Below, piece by piece: positions 54,614-64,000 of a stretch of DNA of 64,000 nt. The position numbers and the translations under genes were made by a program. Under the pieces are notes generated by a model, which was given only the letters and a program-made list of their open reading frames with translations, had not been told where the DNA came from and searched no databases. How positions within the stretch are numbered: position 1 is the first letter of the stretch; the number at the start of each line of letters is the position of its first letter. Source of the DNA: Gemmataceae bacterium (lineage in GTDB: Bacteria > Planctomycetota > Planctomycetia > Gemmatales > HRBIN36); contig PSKW01000002.1 of NCBI GenBank assembly GCA_040289265.1, forward strand, positions 28,709 to 92,708, given 5' to 3'.

Positions 54614-55948
54614 ATGCTGACCATTTATGGAGCCAGGCAGAGGGAATTCTGTGACGGACTGACACGCAGATCGTTTTTGCGTATCGGCAGTCTGGCACTC
54701 GGGGGCCTTTGTTTGCCGGACCTTTTGCGTGCTGAAGCGCGTGCCGGTATCGGGCATTCCCACAAAGCGATCATCATGGTTTTTTTGCCCGGGGGTCCGC
54801 CTCATTTGGATATGTTCGACCTCAAGCCGGAGGCCCCGGCGGAGATACGCGGTCCTTTCAAGCCTATCCGTACCAATGTGCCGGGGATCGAAATCTGCGA
54901 GCACATGCCGCGGCTGGCGGCGATGGCCGACAAGCTGATCTTCATCCGCACCATCGTCGGTGCGCGAGACGAGCATGCTTCGGACCAATGTCTCTGTGGC
55001 TACCCGATGAGCATCGCCCGTCGGCAAAAGCGGCCTGCGCTGGGGGCTGTGTTGTCCAAGCTTCTGGGCCCGGTGGACAAAAGCGTACCGCCTTTTGTCG
55101 GATTGGCGCCGACCATGGGACATCGCCCCTGGGCCAATCCAGGCGATCCAGGATACCTCGGCCGCCCGCATGCACCCTTTCAGCCCATGGGACCGGGCTT
55201 GGCCGATATGCAACTCGAGGGCGTTACTCTCGACCGACTCGCGGACCGCAAGGTGCTTTTGCGCGCCTTCGATCGGATGCGGCGCGACATAGATGCCACC
55301 GGCGATATCGAGGGTATGGACGCTTTCACGCAACGTGCTCTCGACGTGCTCACCTCCAATAAACTCCTCCACGCCCTCGACATCGAAAAAGAAGATCCGC
55401 GCATTCGCGAACGCTACGGTCGCGGCTCATTGAAAAACGTGGACGACGGCGGACCGTGCTACAACGAACACTTCCTGATGGCTCGCAGGCTCGTCGAGGC
55501 AGGTGTCCGCTGCGTGACACTGGCCTTCGGCCGCTGGGATTACCATGGCAACAACTTCGGTCAATGCAAAGAGCGGCTGCCCAAACTCGACCAGGCCTTG
55601 TCTGCGCTCATCCTCGACCTGCACGAACGCGGCCTGGACAAGGATGTGTCGGTAGTTGTCTGGGGCGAATTCGGGCGCACGCCTCGCATCAACAAGAGCG
55701 CCGGCCGCGATCACTGGCCTCAGGTGTCCTGCGCTCTCTTGGCCGGAGGCGGCATGCGCACCGGCCAGGTTATCGGCCAGACCAATCGCTACGGTGAGGT
55801 CCCAAAAGAGCGTCCTGTGCACTTCCAACACGTTTTCGCTACCCTGTACCATAACCTAGGTATTGATCCAGGCACTACCCTGCTGGATCATAATGGCCGC
55901 CCCATGTACCTCGTGGACGATCGCGAATTGATCAGAGAAGTGCTGTAG
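54614..55948 (+). CDS. DUF1501 domain-containing protein (sulfatase-like fold, Tat-type signal)
   Basis: Track ORF 54566..55948, start at ATG 54614. Motifs: TRRSFLRIGSLALGG (twin-arginine-like), AIIMVFLPGGPPHLDMFDLKPEAP, WDYHGNNF, VVWGEFGRTPRIN, GRDHWP. Confidence 0.9.
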   Translation: MLTIYGARQREFCDGLTRRSFLRIGSLALGGLCLPDLLRAEARAGIGHSHKAIIMVFLPGGPPHLDMFDLKPEAPAEIRGPFKPIRTNVPGIEICEHMPRLAAMADKLIFIRTIVGARDEHASDQCLCGYPMSIARRQKRPALGAVLSKLLGPVDKSVPPFVGLAPTMGHRPWANPGDPGYLGRPHAPFQPMGPGLADMQLEGVTLDRLADRKVLLRAFDRMRRDIDATGDIEGMDAFTQRALDVLTSNKLLHALDIEKEDPRIRERYGRGSLKNVDDGGPCYNEHFLMARRLVEAGVRCVTLAFGRWDYHGNNFGQCKERLPKLDQALSALILDLHERGLDKDVSVVVWGEFGRTPRINKSAGRDHWPQVSCALLAGGGMRTGQVIGQTNRYGEVPKERPVHFQHVFATLYHNLGIDPGTTLLDHNGRPMYLVDDRELIREVL

Positions 55949-56343
55949 GGCAACTTTCGGCTAACGCATCCGGGCTGGTTACTGGAGACCGGGAACACAC
56001 GCCTGCCACCGAACAGCGCGCCAATACGGTACACTTTGCTGCTTTTTTGGCGGCGTAAGATTATGGAGCAGGCACGCTCATTGCTTTGCTCTACACTAAA
56101 TTGCCAGTAGACTTCCGCCGGACGTGTGCAAGTTGCTTTTACGTAATAACTTAGAAACCGCTGGCTAAACGACACATACCTTGTGCATTTTGGCAAGCTG
56201 TTTGCTTATCTTCGCATAGCCTCTCCTCAGCACCACGATCCGCATCGCGCCCGGCCATGGGCCGTGAACTAAAAACAGACGAATTGCCCAAGGAGCACAG
56301 GGATAACTGGAGCGGCCAAGGTTAGCAGACGCCAGGATGAAGT

Positions 56344-56565
56344 ATGCCGAAAAGAATGCACCGAGATAACCCTGCAGTGCGTCATGCAACGGAGCGAGCA
56401 GCGGCCTTCTCGGATGGCGGCGAGGTCATTGAATTGCCTCTTCTGTTGACTCGCGACGAGATGCAGATAGTCAAGCATCTGGCCCGTAACGACGGTGTCA
56501 ACATCGGCACTTGGCTCCGACGCGCCATACGATCTGCGTTGTACCGACGCTTTCATCTCGGCTAG
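56344..56565 (+). CDS. possible ribbon-helix-helix small protein
   Basis: 73-aa ORF in an AT-richer gap. EVIELPLLLTRDEMQIVKHLARNDGVNIGTWLRRAIRSAL has the strand-helix-helix spacing of CopG/Arc-type RHH domains. A competing antisense ORF (56269..56751) looks non-protein-like. Confidence 0.3.
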   Translation: MPKRMHRDNPAVRHATERAAAFSDGGEVIELPLLLTRDEMQIVKHLARNDGVNIGTWLRRAIRSALYRRFHLG

Positions 56566-57238
56566 TGCCGGACCGATTGGCCGAACCTGGGGGGTCCGGC
56601 GTGGCAAAACGACATTGGCAGCCGAATCCAAAACTAATCGAACTCGATGACCGCTATGACGTGCGACTGGAGGGCACGAACAGGTAGGCAGCCGCTGACC
56701 GTTGATAGGCCGTAAGCATTGCCCGCCGACTACCGAGGGAGGAGAGTGCAACGACCCGTGTGAAGAACAAAGTCCGAGGAAGACGGCACAATCATGGTGA
56801 CTCCTTCCCCAGACCCAGAGCGCTGCACTCTCAGCTACCCTCGACCCCCTTACTGCCGACCCTCATGTACGGATGACGACGCGTGTCGTGCATCACGGTG
56901 TATTCCCCCAGGGACCGGCGCCATGAGCTACCGGTCCCTGGTCCACAATTAGCTCCACTGCGAAGCTCCCGACCAGGTAGCCGACCCAGAAACCACCTGG
57001 CGGACCCCTGTCGCTTCTGCCCAGGAGGGCAGGGCAGTGCTGGCTTCCCGCATTTCCAGCACGCAGTAGAGCCGTCTACTGACTCGTTCGTTTTTCGGTG
57101 TGTGCCCTTGCTGGTCGTTTGCCTTATTGCCGGGCGTCCGTATACCGTTGGGCGCATGGCATGTCAAGCTCTGAAAAATTCTCTTGCCGCTGCTTTTCCA
57201 CGGACAGCCCAAGACGTTGGTCGGAGCCGACTCGAGCC

Positions 57239-58096
57239 TCAGGCAGCCTCGGCCAGAGCTGCGGAACTGGCAAGCGGTTTGAAACCTTTGAATACGAGAT
57301 AGCGGCCACAAAACCTTTCCAGCCAGCGAGGAGGAATCCAGCGCCAGGGTCGGGGCAGGTCTTTGCGTTTCAAGTGCCGCCGATAGACTTTAGGCCGCGC
57401 GAAAGCCTGGAACAAACGCAGCAACTCGCGACGCGAGAACAGAAGCGGCTCTGCTCGCCGGCGTGCGGTGAACCACGGCGAGCGAATCGTTTCCTCGTGT
57501 GCCTTTTCACGACCTCTGCCGAAAAGCGGCCGCGCCGGCAGCACAGCCAGGATCTTGCCCCCTGGCTTGAGGATACGTTGCACTTCGTGCAGGATCGGCT
57601 GCTCCCGAGGCATTTCGTGCAGCAATCCTTCAATGCAGACCACGTCGGCGCTTTCGCTAGCCACTGGCAAGCAGGTCGGATCGGCATGAAAACAGCGTGC
57701 CGTCAGCCCGCGCAGCTCGAAGTTACGGCGCACCAACGCCGCCTGGGCACCGGCTGGGCAGCAGGCAATGACCCGTGCTCCCTTTTGCGCATACTGGACC
57801 CAATCGGTCCCCAATCCATCACCCAAGCCCACGACTACCTCGCCTGCGTGACGATCGAATTCCAAAAGCTGCCTCAGCCAGCGCGCCTGCCGTCTGAGCC
57901 GAATTGCCTCGATCGTCAAATACCATTGCAGGCTATAAGGTTCGGCCGGCGTATCGGGCGCAGGCGCCATCGCCTCCCAATAAAACAGTCTATCGGGAAA
58001 GCTAATGCTCTGGACTGGACCGGAAGCGGCGAGCGCATACTGCGAGCGCGAAAAGACACGTAGCCACCTGTGCGCTGGCAGACCCCAACTTCCCAT
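57239..58096 (-). CDS. class I SAM-dependent methyltransferase
   Basis: VVVGLGDGLGTDWVQYAQKGARVIA (motif I/post-I), ADVVCIEGLLHEM, ILHEVQRILKPGGKILAV. The start is ATG 58096, or possibly ATG 57970. Confidence 0.8.
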   Translation of the reverse strand: MGSWGLPAHRWLRVFSRSQYALAASGPVQSISFPDRLFYWEAMAPAPDTPAEPYSLQWYLTIEAIRLRRQARWLRQLLEFDRHAGEVVVGLGDGLGTDWVQYAQKGARVIACCPAGAQAALVRRNFELRGLTARCFHADPTCLPVASESADVVCIEGLLHEMPREQPILHEVQRILKPGGKILAVLPARPLFGRGREKAHEETIRSPWFTARRRAEPLLFSRRELLRLFQAFARPKVYRRHLKRKDLPRPWRWIPPRWLERFCGRYLVFKGFKPLASSAALAEAA

Positions 58097-58268
58097 CTTG
58101 CGCAGACTTCCCTTCCGGCGAACACTACGGCTCCTCGGCCGACTCCATCGCCAACTGGCCCCATACCTTACACCCGCTTCGCGGTCAAGCGCTGTTTCGA
58201 GCAGAAGACTGGAACAACCTCGGGAACTGTAACGCTTTTCGTCAAGCCGGCGCGTCGCCGACTCGGCG

Positions 58269-59783
58269 CTATTTCAAAACCGGTTTGCGACCGACGATAA
58301 CTTGATTCATCAGCCGACGCCAAGGGGTTAACTGCTTTGCCAGTGCATCGGCGTGCCTTGCAGCCGGCAGTCGGGAGACATCCATGTCCACATACAACTG
58401 TTGATGCCAGTCCGCACGGAAATCCGGATTGGGGCGGTTCTCCTGCGCTGCGATAGCCTTGCGCCAGGCGCGTAGCTGAGCCAGCAAGTTGGCAGCAATG
58501 TCCGGGTATCTGCTGGCCAGATTGTTTTCCTCGCCGGGATCGCTTTCTAGGTCGTAAAGCTCCACTGCCTGGTCTTCATAGTTCTCGATGAGCTTCCAGC
58601 GCCCAGCACGAACTGCTCCCGCCGGTCTACTGCCCTGATTGGTGTAGTGCGGAAAATGCCAATAGAGAGTACGCGGCGGCAGCTGGTGCCCCTCCAGCAA
58701 AAGCGGGAGCAAACTGATCCCATCAGCTTGCAAAGAACCTCGCGAGAGGCCCAAACCATCGGGACCAGTGCCTGCGCAACACAACTCGACGAGCGTCGGC
58801 AACCAATCTTGATGGACGACCGGCGTCTGTTCCACCCCGTAAGCGACGTGCTGCGGCCAGTAGACGATCAGAGGAATCCGCAGGCCGCCTTCGTAAACAA
58901 ACCCTTTGCCGCCTCGAAACGGCCGATTGTGAGTGGCCGGGGTTTGTGCTCCTTCCAAGACGTGCAATCCCCCGTTGTCACTCGTAAAGATCACGAGCGT
59001 CCGCTCTGCCAATCCAAGCATGTGCAAACGGTCCAGGAGCATTCCGACGGTCTCGTCCAGTGTTTGCATCATGGCTGCATAGACCGGATTGAAAGCATCG
59101 CGGCAGGCGGCCACCTTTTCTGCCTGCGCTGCCAAGGGGATATGCGGTGTATTATGGCACAGATACACAAAAAAGGGCTGATCCCGATGTTTCTCGATAA
59201 ACGCCAGGGCCCGGCGAGTAAGGTCGAATTCACCTTTGCCCCCTTCGCTTGGCGAGGGTACCGTATTGGCTTGCCCAGGCTCGTAAACAGCAAATCCCTG
59301 CTCCAATGGAGAGTACCCTTTGCCGCCCAGGTGCCATTTACCGAAGCAGGCGCACAAGTATCCGACCTCTCGGAGGTACTCGGCCAGGGTTTTTTCTTCC
59401 AGTGGCAACGCACCATAGATGACCGGCTGCAACAGTTTTTGCGAAGGCGCATCGGGCCTGCCAGGAAGATAGGTGGTCAAATGCAGACGCGCCGGATGCT
59501 TGCCGGTCATGATGGCCGCCCGCGATGGCGAACAAATCGGCTGGGCACAATAGGCCTGAGTGAAACGACGCCCACGACGCGCCATCTCGTCGAGCCGCGG
59601 TGTACGATGATCTGCCCGTCCATAGCAATGCAGGTCCGAAATCCCCAAATCGTCCGCCAGAATAAAGACGACATTGGGCCTCCAAGGCCGACGGGCCTCG
59701 CCTGCGCTTTGGCCCAGAACCAACGAGGCAGGTACAGCCGACAAAACGGACACTATGGTAAGCCGCATGCCGCTTCGCATCAT
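58269..59783 (-). CDS. sulfatase (formylglycine-dependent arylsulfatase family)
   Basis: Track ORF 58269..60473. Start at ATG 59783 (MMRSGMRLTIVSVLSAVPASLVLG signal). Motifs: PNVVFILADDLG, the sulfatase signature CSPSRAAIMTG, GKWHLG, FTSDNGG. Confidence 0.9.
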   Translation of the reverse strand: MMRSGMRLTIVSVLSAVPASLVLGQSAGEARRPWRPNVVFILADDLGISDLHCYGRADHRTPRLDEMARRGRRFTQAYCAQPICSPSRAAIMTGKHPARLHLTTYLPGRPDAPSQKLLQPVIYGALPLEEKTLAEYLREVGYLCACFGKWHLGGKGYSPLEQGFAVYEPGQANTVPSPSEGGKGEFDLTRRALAFIEKHRDQPFFVYLCHNTPHIPLAAQAEKVAACRDAFNPVYAAMMQTLDETVGMLLDRLHMLGLAERTLVIFTSDNGGLHVLEGAQTPATHNRPFRGGKGFVYEGGLRIPLIVYWPQHVAYGVEQTPVVHQDWLPTLVELCCAGTGPDGLGLSRGSLQADGISLLPLLLEGHQLPPRTLYWHFPHYTNQGSRPAGAVRAGRWKLIENYEDQAVELYDLESDPGEENNLASRYPDIAANLLAQLRAWRKAIAAQENRPNPDFRADWHQQLYVDMDVSRLPAARHADALAKQLTPWRRLMNQVIVGRKPVLK

Positions 59784-60153
59784 GAACGCTCTCCAACAAC
59801 TAGGGATTTCAGCTTTCGACCGCGGCGCCGTTTGTCTCGGTTGCAAATAACGGCCATCGTGAAGCAGGCCTCGCCTCCCTGCCCCGTCCGAGCCCCGCTC
59901 TTCTCGCCACCCAAGAGGGCGGAGCCAGGCGAAATACTCGCATGGACTGCCCCGCGGTATAATACCAGCGGGCCGATGTCCGTACAACTTTGCGGACCGC
60001 CTTTTCCTGGCGGCAAGCGACAGTACAGAGCAACGGTCCAAGCCGAAGACTATAACTCCGGTGTCACTCTGGACAGGTATCGGCGCCGGGCCAGACGTAA
60101 TGGACGTGTAGCGGAACCGATTGCTAGGCATTGGGTAAACGACCGACTCGACG

Positions 60154-61146
60154 ATGCGTCCTATCCTGCGCAGCCATTGGCGACTCCTGATAGCGCTGGG
60201 TCTTTTGACCATCCCCGTCCTCACTCTATGCGCAGCCGGCCTATGGTACTTGTACGCGAACGGGTTATGGGGATATGTCTGGTGGCCGTTGGCGCTGTCC
60301 TTGGCTCTAGCATGGTGGCTCTTATGGCGCTGGCAAAAGAGAGATTTGCTTTTGCCCTCGCCGCGGCCCGCAGCAAGCCCGACTTGGTCGGACCCCGACC
60401 GGCAGGCGTGGCAAACAGTCGAGGCCTGGGCTGCTCGTGCGCAACAAGTGTCCGAGGAGCGTTTGCGTGACATGCAGTTTTACGTAGACCAAGCTCAGCG
60501 CCTGGCCGTCGAGCTGGCGCGCCATTATCGTCCCCACGCGCAAGATCCCATTGATTCGCTCACGGTACCGGAAATCCTGGCTGTCATCGAGCTTGCCGCA
60601 AGCGATCTCTGGCAACTGGTTGACGAATACGTTCCAGGCAGCCATGTGCTCACTGTAAAACACTGGAAGGGCCTAGGCAAAGCTGCTCAGTGGTACCAGC
60701 GGGCCAGCAACGTTTATTGGGCTGTATCGGCTATGGTCGCGCCGATGCAGACTGCCACACGGTACCTCGCCTGGCAGGCAGGACTGGGGCGTCCTTGGCA
60801 ACTGCTCAAAGAAAACCTGCTGACCTGGTTTTACACGGCATTTGTCTATCGTGTCGGATGGTACCTCATTGAACTGTACAGCGGTCGGCTCCGCGAGGGA
60901 GCACGCGCGTATCGGCAGCGAACGAGCACTAGTGAAGCGCGACTACCAGAGTCCAAAGCGGATCCTGCGACGCCAAAGAATGGCCCTTGCCTTGCGGAGC
61001 AGGAATCGAGCGATAACGCCCAGGACCTGAGCACCGATCGAAACAAAGGATCCGCGGAACTGAGTTGGCCCTGGCGCAAAACCTGGCGCCAAATTGGACG
61101 TGCATGTAGTAGAATAGTACGCCTGGTATGGCGTAAAACCTCCTGA
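60154..61146 (+). CDS. hypothetical membrane protein (two N-terminal TM helices)
   Basis: 330 aa, with LLIALGLLTIPVLTLCAAGLWYLY and YVWWPLALSLALAWWLLW, followed by a helical cytoplasmic domain. No domain confidently recognised. Confidence 0.55.
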   Translation: MRPILRSHWRLLIALGLLTIPVLTLCAAGLWYLYANGLWGYVWWPLALSLALAWWLLWRWQKRDLLLPSPRPAASPTWSDPDRQAWQTVEAWAARAQQVSEERLRDMQFYVDQAQRLAVELARHYRPHAQDPIDSLTVPEILAVIELAASDLWQLVDEYVPGSHVLTVKHWKGLGKAAQWYQRASNVYWAVSAMVAPMQTATRYLAWQAGLGRPWQLLKENLLTWFYTAFVYRVGWYLIELYSGRLREGARAYRQRTSTSEARLPESKADPATPKNGPCLAEQESSDNAQDLSTDRNKGSAELSWPWRKTWRQIGRACSRIVRLVWRKTS

Positions 61147-61155
61147 CATGGTCTA

Positions 61156-61980
61156 TCAGTCGGCGAAAATACCAGTAGCATACCAAACGCCATTGCGTCC
61201 GCGTGCCAAGTCGTATCCGAAATAGCGATGATAACGGCTAACGGCGGACCAATGACCCGGCGATTGCCGCCAGGCGTCCACACAAGAGAACGCTGCCTCT
61301 AGCACATTCTCGCCGCCTACCCAATGACCCCAAGATTCGGCAACTACTTCCGACGCACTGCCTGGCGCTATGCCGACTTTCTCTTGAAACATCCTAGACG
61401 CTGTCAAAAGATCGGCGTGATGTTGCATTTGCTCGCGAGCTTGCTTTTGACTGTGGTTGAAAGCATGTTCTACAAATACCGGATGCAATTGCCCCATAAT
61501 ACTTTGCGGCCTTTCAGGATGCACTGCAAGGGCATAAATCATACTCCTTTGAGTAAGTGAACCATCCGGCAAATCGAGGAGAATGCAGATCTCTTCCGGC
61601 CCAATCCTGGGTACCCATGCATAACGGCTCGGTACGTCAGGTAGCACAGAAACCACATGCTGAAAGTGTGGGGATGCTTCGTCCTTCAAGCTAACGATCA
61701 AAAGTCCTGGTTTACCGCCCATCTCTTGAAACGCCTCATGTTGCAAAAGTTCTGATGTCCCAAGTTTGTAATCCACAGGGATTTTCAGGCAAACGTACCG
61801 CCTTGTGCGAACCAAGACATAGGGGTGATTGACAGCCGCCTCCAGTCGCTTTTTCTCATCAAAAACATAGATCAGCAGATCTTTTTTAGATTCGATGGCT
61901 CGATGAACTGCGGCTTCGTAATCAGTTAGCCAAGTCGGGGTCAACAGTCCCAGGACAATGCCAAAAAGCTGCAATGGCAT
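61156..61980 (-). CDS. CAP/SCP (YkwD-like) domain protein with N-terminal thioredoxin-like region
   Basis: The C-terminal GGENVLEAAFSCVDAWRQSPGHWSAVSRYHRYFGYDLARGRNGVWYATGIFA matches the GEN...W..SPGH...G...WY pattern of bacterial CAP domains. The N-terminal part (DYEAAVHRAIESKKDLLIYVF) is thioredoxin-like by resemblance. Confidence 0.65.
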   Translation of the reverse strand: MPLQLFGIVLGLLTPTWLTDYEAAVHRAIESKKDLLIYVFDEKKRLEAAVNHPYVLVRTRRYVCLKIPVDYKLGTSELLQHEAFQEMGGKPGLLIVSLKDEASPHFQHVVSVLPDVPSRYAWVPRIGPEEICILLDLPDGSLTQRSMIYALAVHPERPQSIMGQLHPVFVEHAFNHSQKQAREQMQHHADLLTASRMFQEKVGIAPGSASEVVAESWGHWVGGENVLEAAFSCVDAWRQSPGHWSAVSRYHRYFGYDLARGRNGVWYATGIFAD

Positions 61981-62319
61981 AAAGGCTCCTTTCTAGCGGC
62001 ACAATGTTCGTTAATATGGAGTAATTATCACTATGGACGCAGAATCTCTTGGCAAGCTGCAAGAGAAGGCCGGCGTAAATTGCCAAGTTGACCCGTTTTG
62101 ACAGGTAGTTCATTGTCCGCTTATGCGGGCTTTGCTGCAAGCCGATGATTGGCTAAAGAGGCGCCAAGGGATGAGCTTTGGACTTGCTGCTGACTTGTAC
62201 AGGCCTGCTGATAGTTGTGCTGGCCGTATCTGATGCGCTCAGAAGTACTTGCAGACCTCCGACAGCTTTCCAACGCGCTCCCGAACCGACCCGTCCTTAA
62301 GAGATGATGGAGACTATTT

Positions 62320-63567
62320 ATGAGCCTTATGCGAAATAAACGCAAGCATTTGAACTGGCTAACTGTGCTCACCTCAGGTCCGATGGCGTTTTTAGTCAGT
62401 CTGGCACTCACGGCGGCCTGTTTATCTTTTGTCTCCTACTCATTCGCTCCAGATTCACTTGTTTATCGCTATCTGTGTGGACATCCGGTCGAATATGCTG
62501 AGACGTGGATGTTTTTCTGGGCGCTGACTACCCTCGGAGCGAGAGCTGTGCGACTGGCCAAGGAATTGAAAACAGTACCGGCGACGACTCTCCATAGCGA
62601 TTGCCTCGGCGAGTTGCCTGACTCTCTTTTTCGTCGAAGACTGGAAAAGGTTTTGGCCTATTGCTCCAGTGAGCCTGACCAACAAAGCCTGGAATTGCGG
62701 TTACAGGAATTAGCTCAGTCGGACCAAGAGGAACTCGATCAACAGCGCGGGCTGCTACGCTTTTTGATTTGGGCTATACCCATACTGGGTTTTCTCGGCA
62801 CCGTCCTGGGCATCACGGAAGCGATCGAGCATGTCTCTCCAGAGCAACTGGCACAGTCTATCAACGCGGTGACCGCCGGGCTGGCAGTTGCTTTCGACAC
62901 CACGGCTCTTGCTCTGGCGTATTCCATTGCGCTCATGTTCTTCAGCTTCGCGCTCGACCGGAGCGAATATCGCCTGCTAGCGACGATAGATGCCGCTGTC
63001 CGACGCGTGGCTTGCGATTCGTACCGGCAAGCGGCACCCGGGCATGTTCCGTGGTCCGATTTAGTGCACAGGCTGCGCGACCTTTTCGACCGGCAAGGAG
63101 TCCAATGGGAGGCAACGAATCGGTCGCTATTGAATGCTTGGGACAAACAAGCGAAACTGTGGGCCGATCACTGGCAAAGCCAGATGCAGGCGGCGGCCGA
63201 TGCCTGGTCCACTCGACTGCACCAGGAAATACAGACGGCGGCCGAGCGCATAACAGCCGCTTTGCACAATTCCCTGGAGCCTGTCGCCTGCCATCTTGCA
63301 GAATACGTGCAGGGTTTGGATCGCTCGTGCAACTTGCTCAGCGAGCACATCGGCGCATTGCGGCACATGGCTGTGCAAACGCATCACTTGGCCGAAGCAG
63401 AACAACGACTGCGCGAAAACTTGGAACTGCTGAGCGTGACCCAGACCTTGGAACAAACGCTCCAGGCTCTGGCCGCCGCCGTCCATGTACTGAGCGCGCG
63501 TAGCGCTCCTACTTCCGGTACGCGCAAGCCGTTTTCCGGTCCGCTCGATCAGGGTCAGGCGGCATGA
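62320..63567 (+). CDS. MotA/TolQ/ExbB proton-channel family protein with ~190-aa C-terminal helical tail
   Basis: 415 aa. Two N-terminal TM helices are followed by the family core LLRFLIWAIPILGFLGTVLGITEAI...AVTAGLAVAFDTTALALAYSIALMFFSF, then a long helical extension. Confidence 0.85.
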   Translation: MSLMRNKRKHLNWLTVLTSGPMAFLVSLALTAACLSFVSYSFAPDSLVYRYLCGHPVEYAETWMFFWALTTLGARAVRLAKELKTVPATTLHSDCLGELPDSLFRRRLEKVLAYCSSEPDQQSLELRLQELAQSDQEELDQQRGLLRFLIWAIPILGFLGTVLGITEAIEHVSPEQLAQSINAVTAGLAVAFDTTALALAYSIALMFFSFALDRSEYRLLATIDAAVRRVACDSYRQAAPGHVPWSDLVHRLRDLFDRQGVQWEATNRSLLNAWDKQAKLWADHWQSQMQAAADAWSTRLHQEIQTAAERITAALHNSLEPVACHLAEYVQGLDRSCNLLSEHIGALRHMAVQTHHLAEAEQRLRENLELLSVTQTLEQTLQALAAAVHVLSARSAPTSGTRKPFSGPLDQGQAA

Positions 63568-64000
63568 GACGCCAACAGCCTCAAGTGGCCCTATTTCCTT
63601 TTCTGTCGGTCCTTTTGTGTACCCTCGGCGCCTTGATTTTTCTCCTGATCGTCCTCGACTCCAAGCTTCGACTAGTGCCCAAAGAGCTGGCGCCGGACGA
63701 ACGGACTCTTGTCCGCTCATCCGATCGTACCGAAGATGCGCCGGAGCTGCCGACGATTCAAGATGCACCGGAAGTCGCAACTGTGTTGCACGAGCTCGGC
63801 GGCTGGTTGCAAGCGCTTACCGGCTGCCTGAAAAGCGCGGAGCACTTGGCAAGCAGTGTGCGAGAAGAGATGCACGTTCGCGAGCACGAACTGCGCTCGA
63901 ACGCCAGCGACCTCGATGCGATTGCCGCACAGTTACACAGTCGCATTGTGGAGCAGCGTGCGGCGATCGAAGAATACCGCCGGCGTGCCGCCGCATTGCT
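63564..64000 (+). CDS. membrane-anchored coiled-coil protein, putative partner of the MotA/ExbB-like protein (3' end outside window)
   Basis: Manual translation from ATG 63564 (ATGA overlap with the upstream stop): MRRQQPQVALFPFLSVLLCTLGALIFLLIVLDSK... then helical sequence to the window edge. The N-terminal helix resembles the ExbD/TolR anchor P-L-I-D-V-L-L, but with Ser in place of Asp. Confidence 0.5.
   Translation, partial: MRRQQPQVALFPFLSVLLCTLGALIFLLIVLDSKLRLVPKELAPDERTLVRSSDRTEDAPELPTIQDAPEVATVLHELGGWLQALTGCLKSAEHLASSVREEMHVREHELRSNASDLDAIAAQLHSRIVEQRAAIEEYRRRAAAL

Noticed and set aside
58647-60470. 607-aa plus-strand ORF opposite the sulfatase gene
   Set aside because: The minus strand encodes an unmistakable sulfatase (CSPSR, GKWHLG). 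The plus-strand product is Arg/Pro-rich noise. The upstream part of the minus ORF (59784-60473) is also rejected as coding.

Overview
This is a high-GC, gene-dense 64-kb chromosomal segment. The gene content looks like a member of the Planctomycetota: DUF1501 and DUF1549/DUF1553 proteins, a CSPSR-type sulfatase, an ECF sigma/anti-sigma pair, a Ser/Thr kinase plus an FHA protein, many large secreted or lipoprotein ORFs without known domains, and an RND efflux pair with no outer-membrane factor. That assignment is inference, not a database result. I support about 50 protein-coding genes, two tRNAs (Glu-UUC, Val-GAC), two short repeat loci and a few promoter/terminator candidates. I saw no rRNA, CRISPR array, transposase or integrase. 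Because of the GC content, nearly every real gene carries long antisense or off-frame shadow ORFs in the supplied track, and I rejected these. The most interesting locus is a compact minus-strand cassette at 34.06-36.87 kb. It encodes a JAB/JAMM isopeptidase, a 61-aa ORF, a UBC-like E2 and a ThiF-type E1 behind a near-consensus promoter. I read it as a prokaryotic ubiquitination-like conjugation system. It has no recognisable beta-grasp modifier and no CD-NTase, so it is not CBASS, and its gene order differs from bilABCD. Secondary points: (1) a more AT-rich three-gene module abutting the 3' end of tRNA-Glu, comprising a 13-Cys secreted ORF, a membrane-anchored ORF and a MauE-like membrane protein with a CGC motif; (2) a 28-bp tandem duplication in the divergent promoter region of the RND efflux operon; (3) a REP-like repeat cluster built from GCAGAGAAC units; (4) Lgt with an inserted PDZ-like domain; (5) a MotA/ExbB-like protein with a long helical tail at the right edge. 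All homology statements rest on motif recognition by eye; no searches were run.
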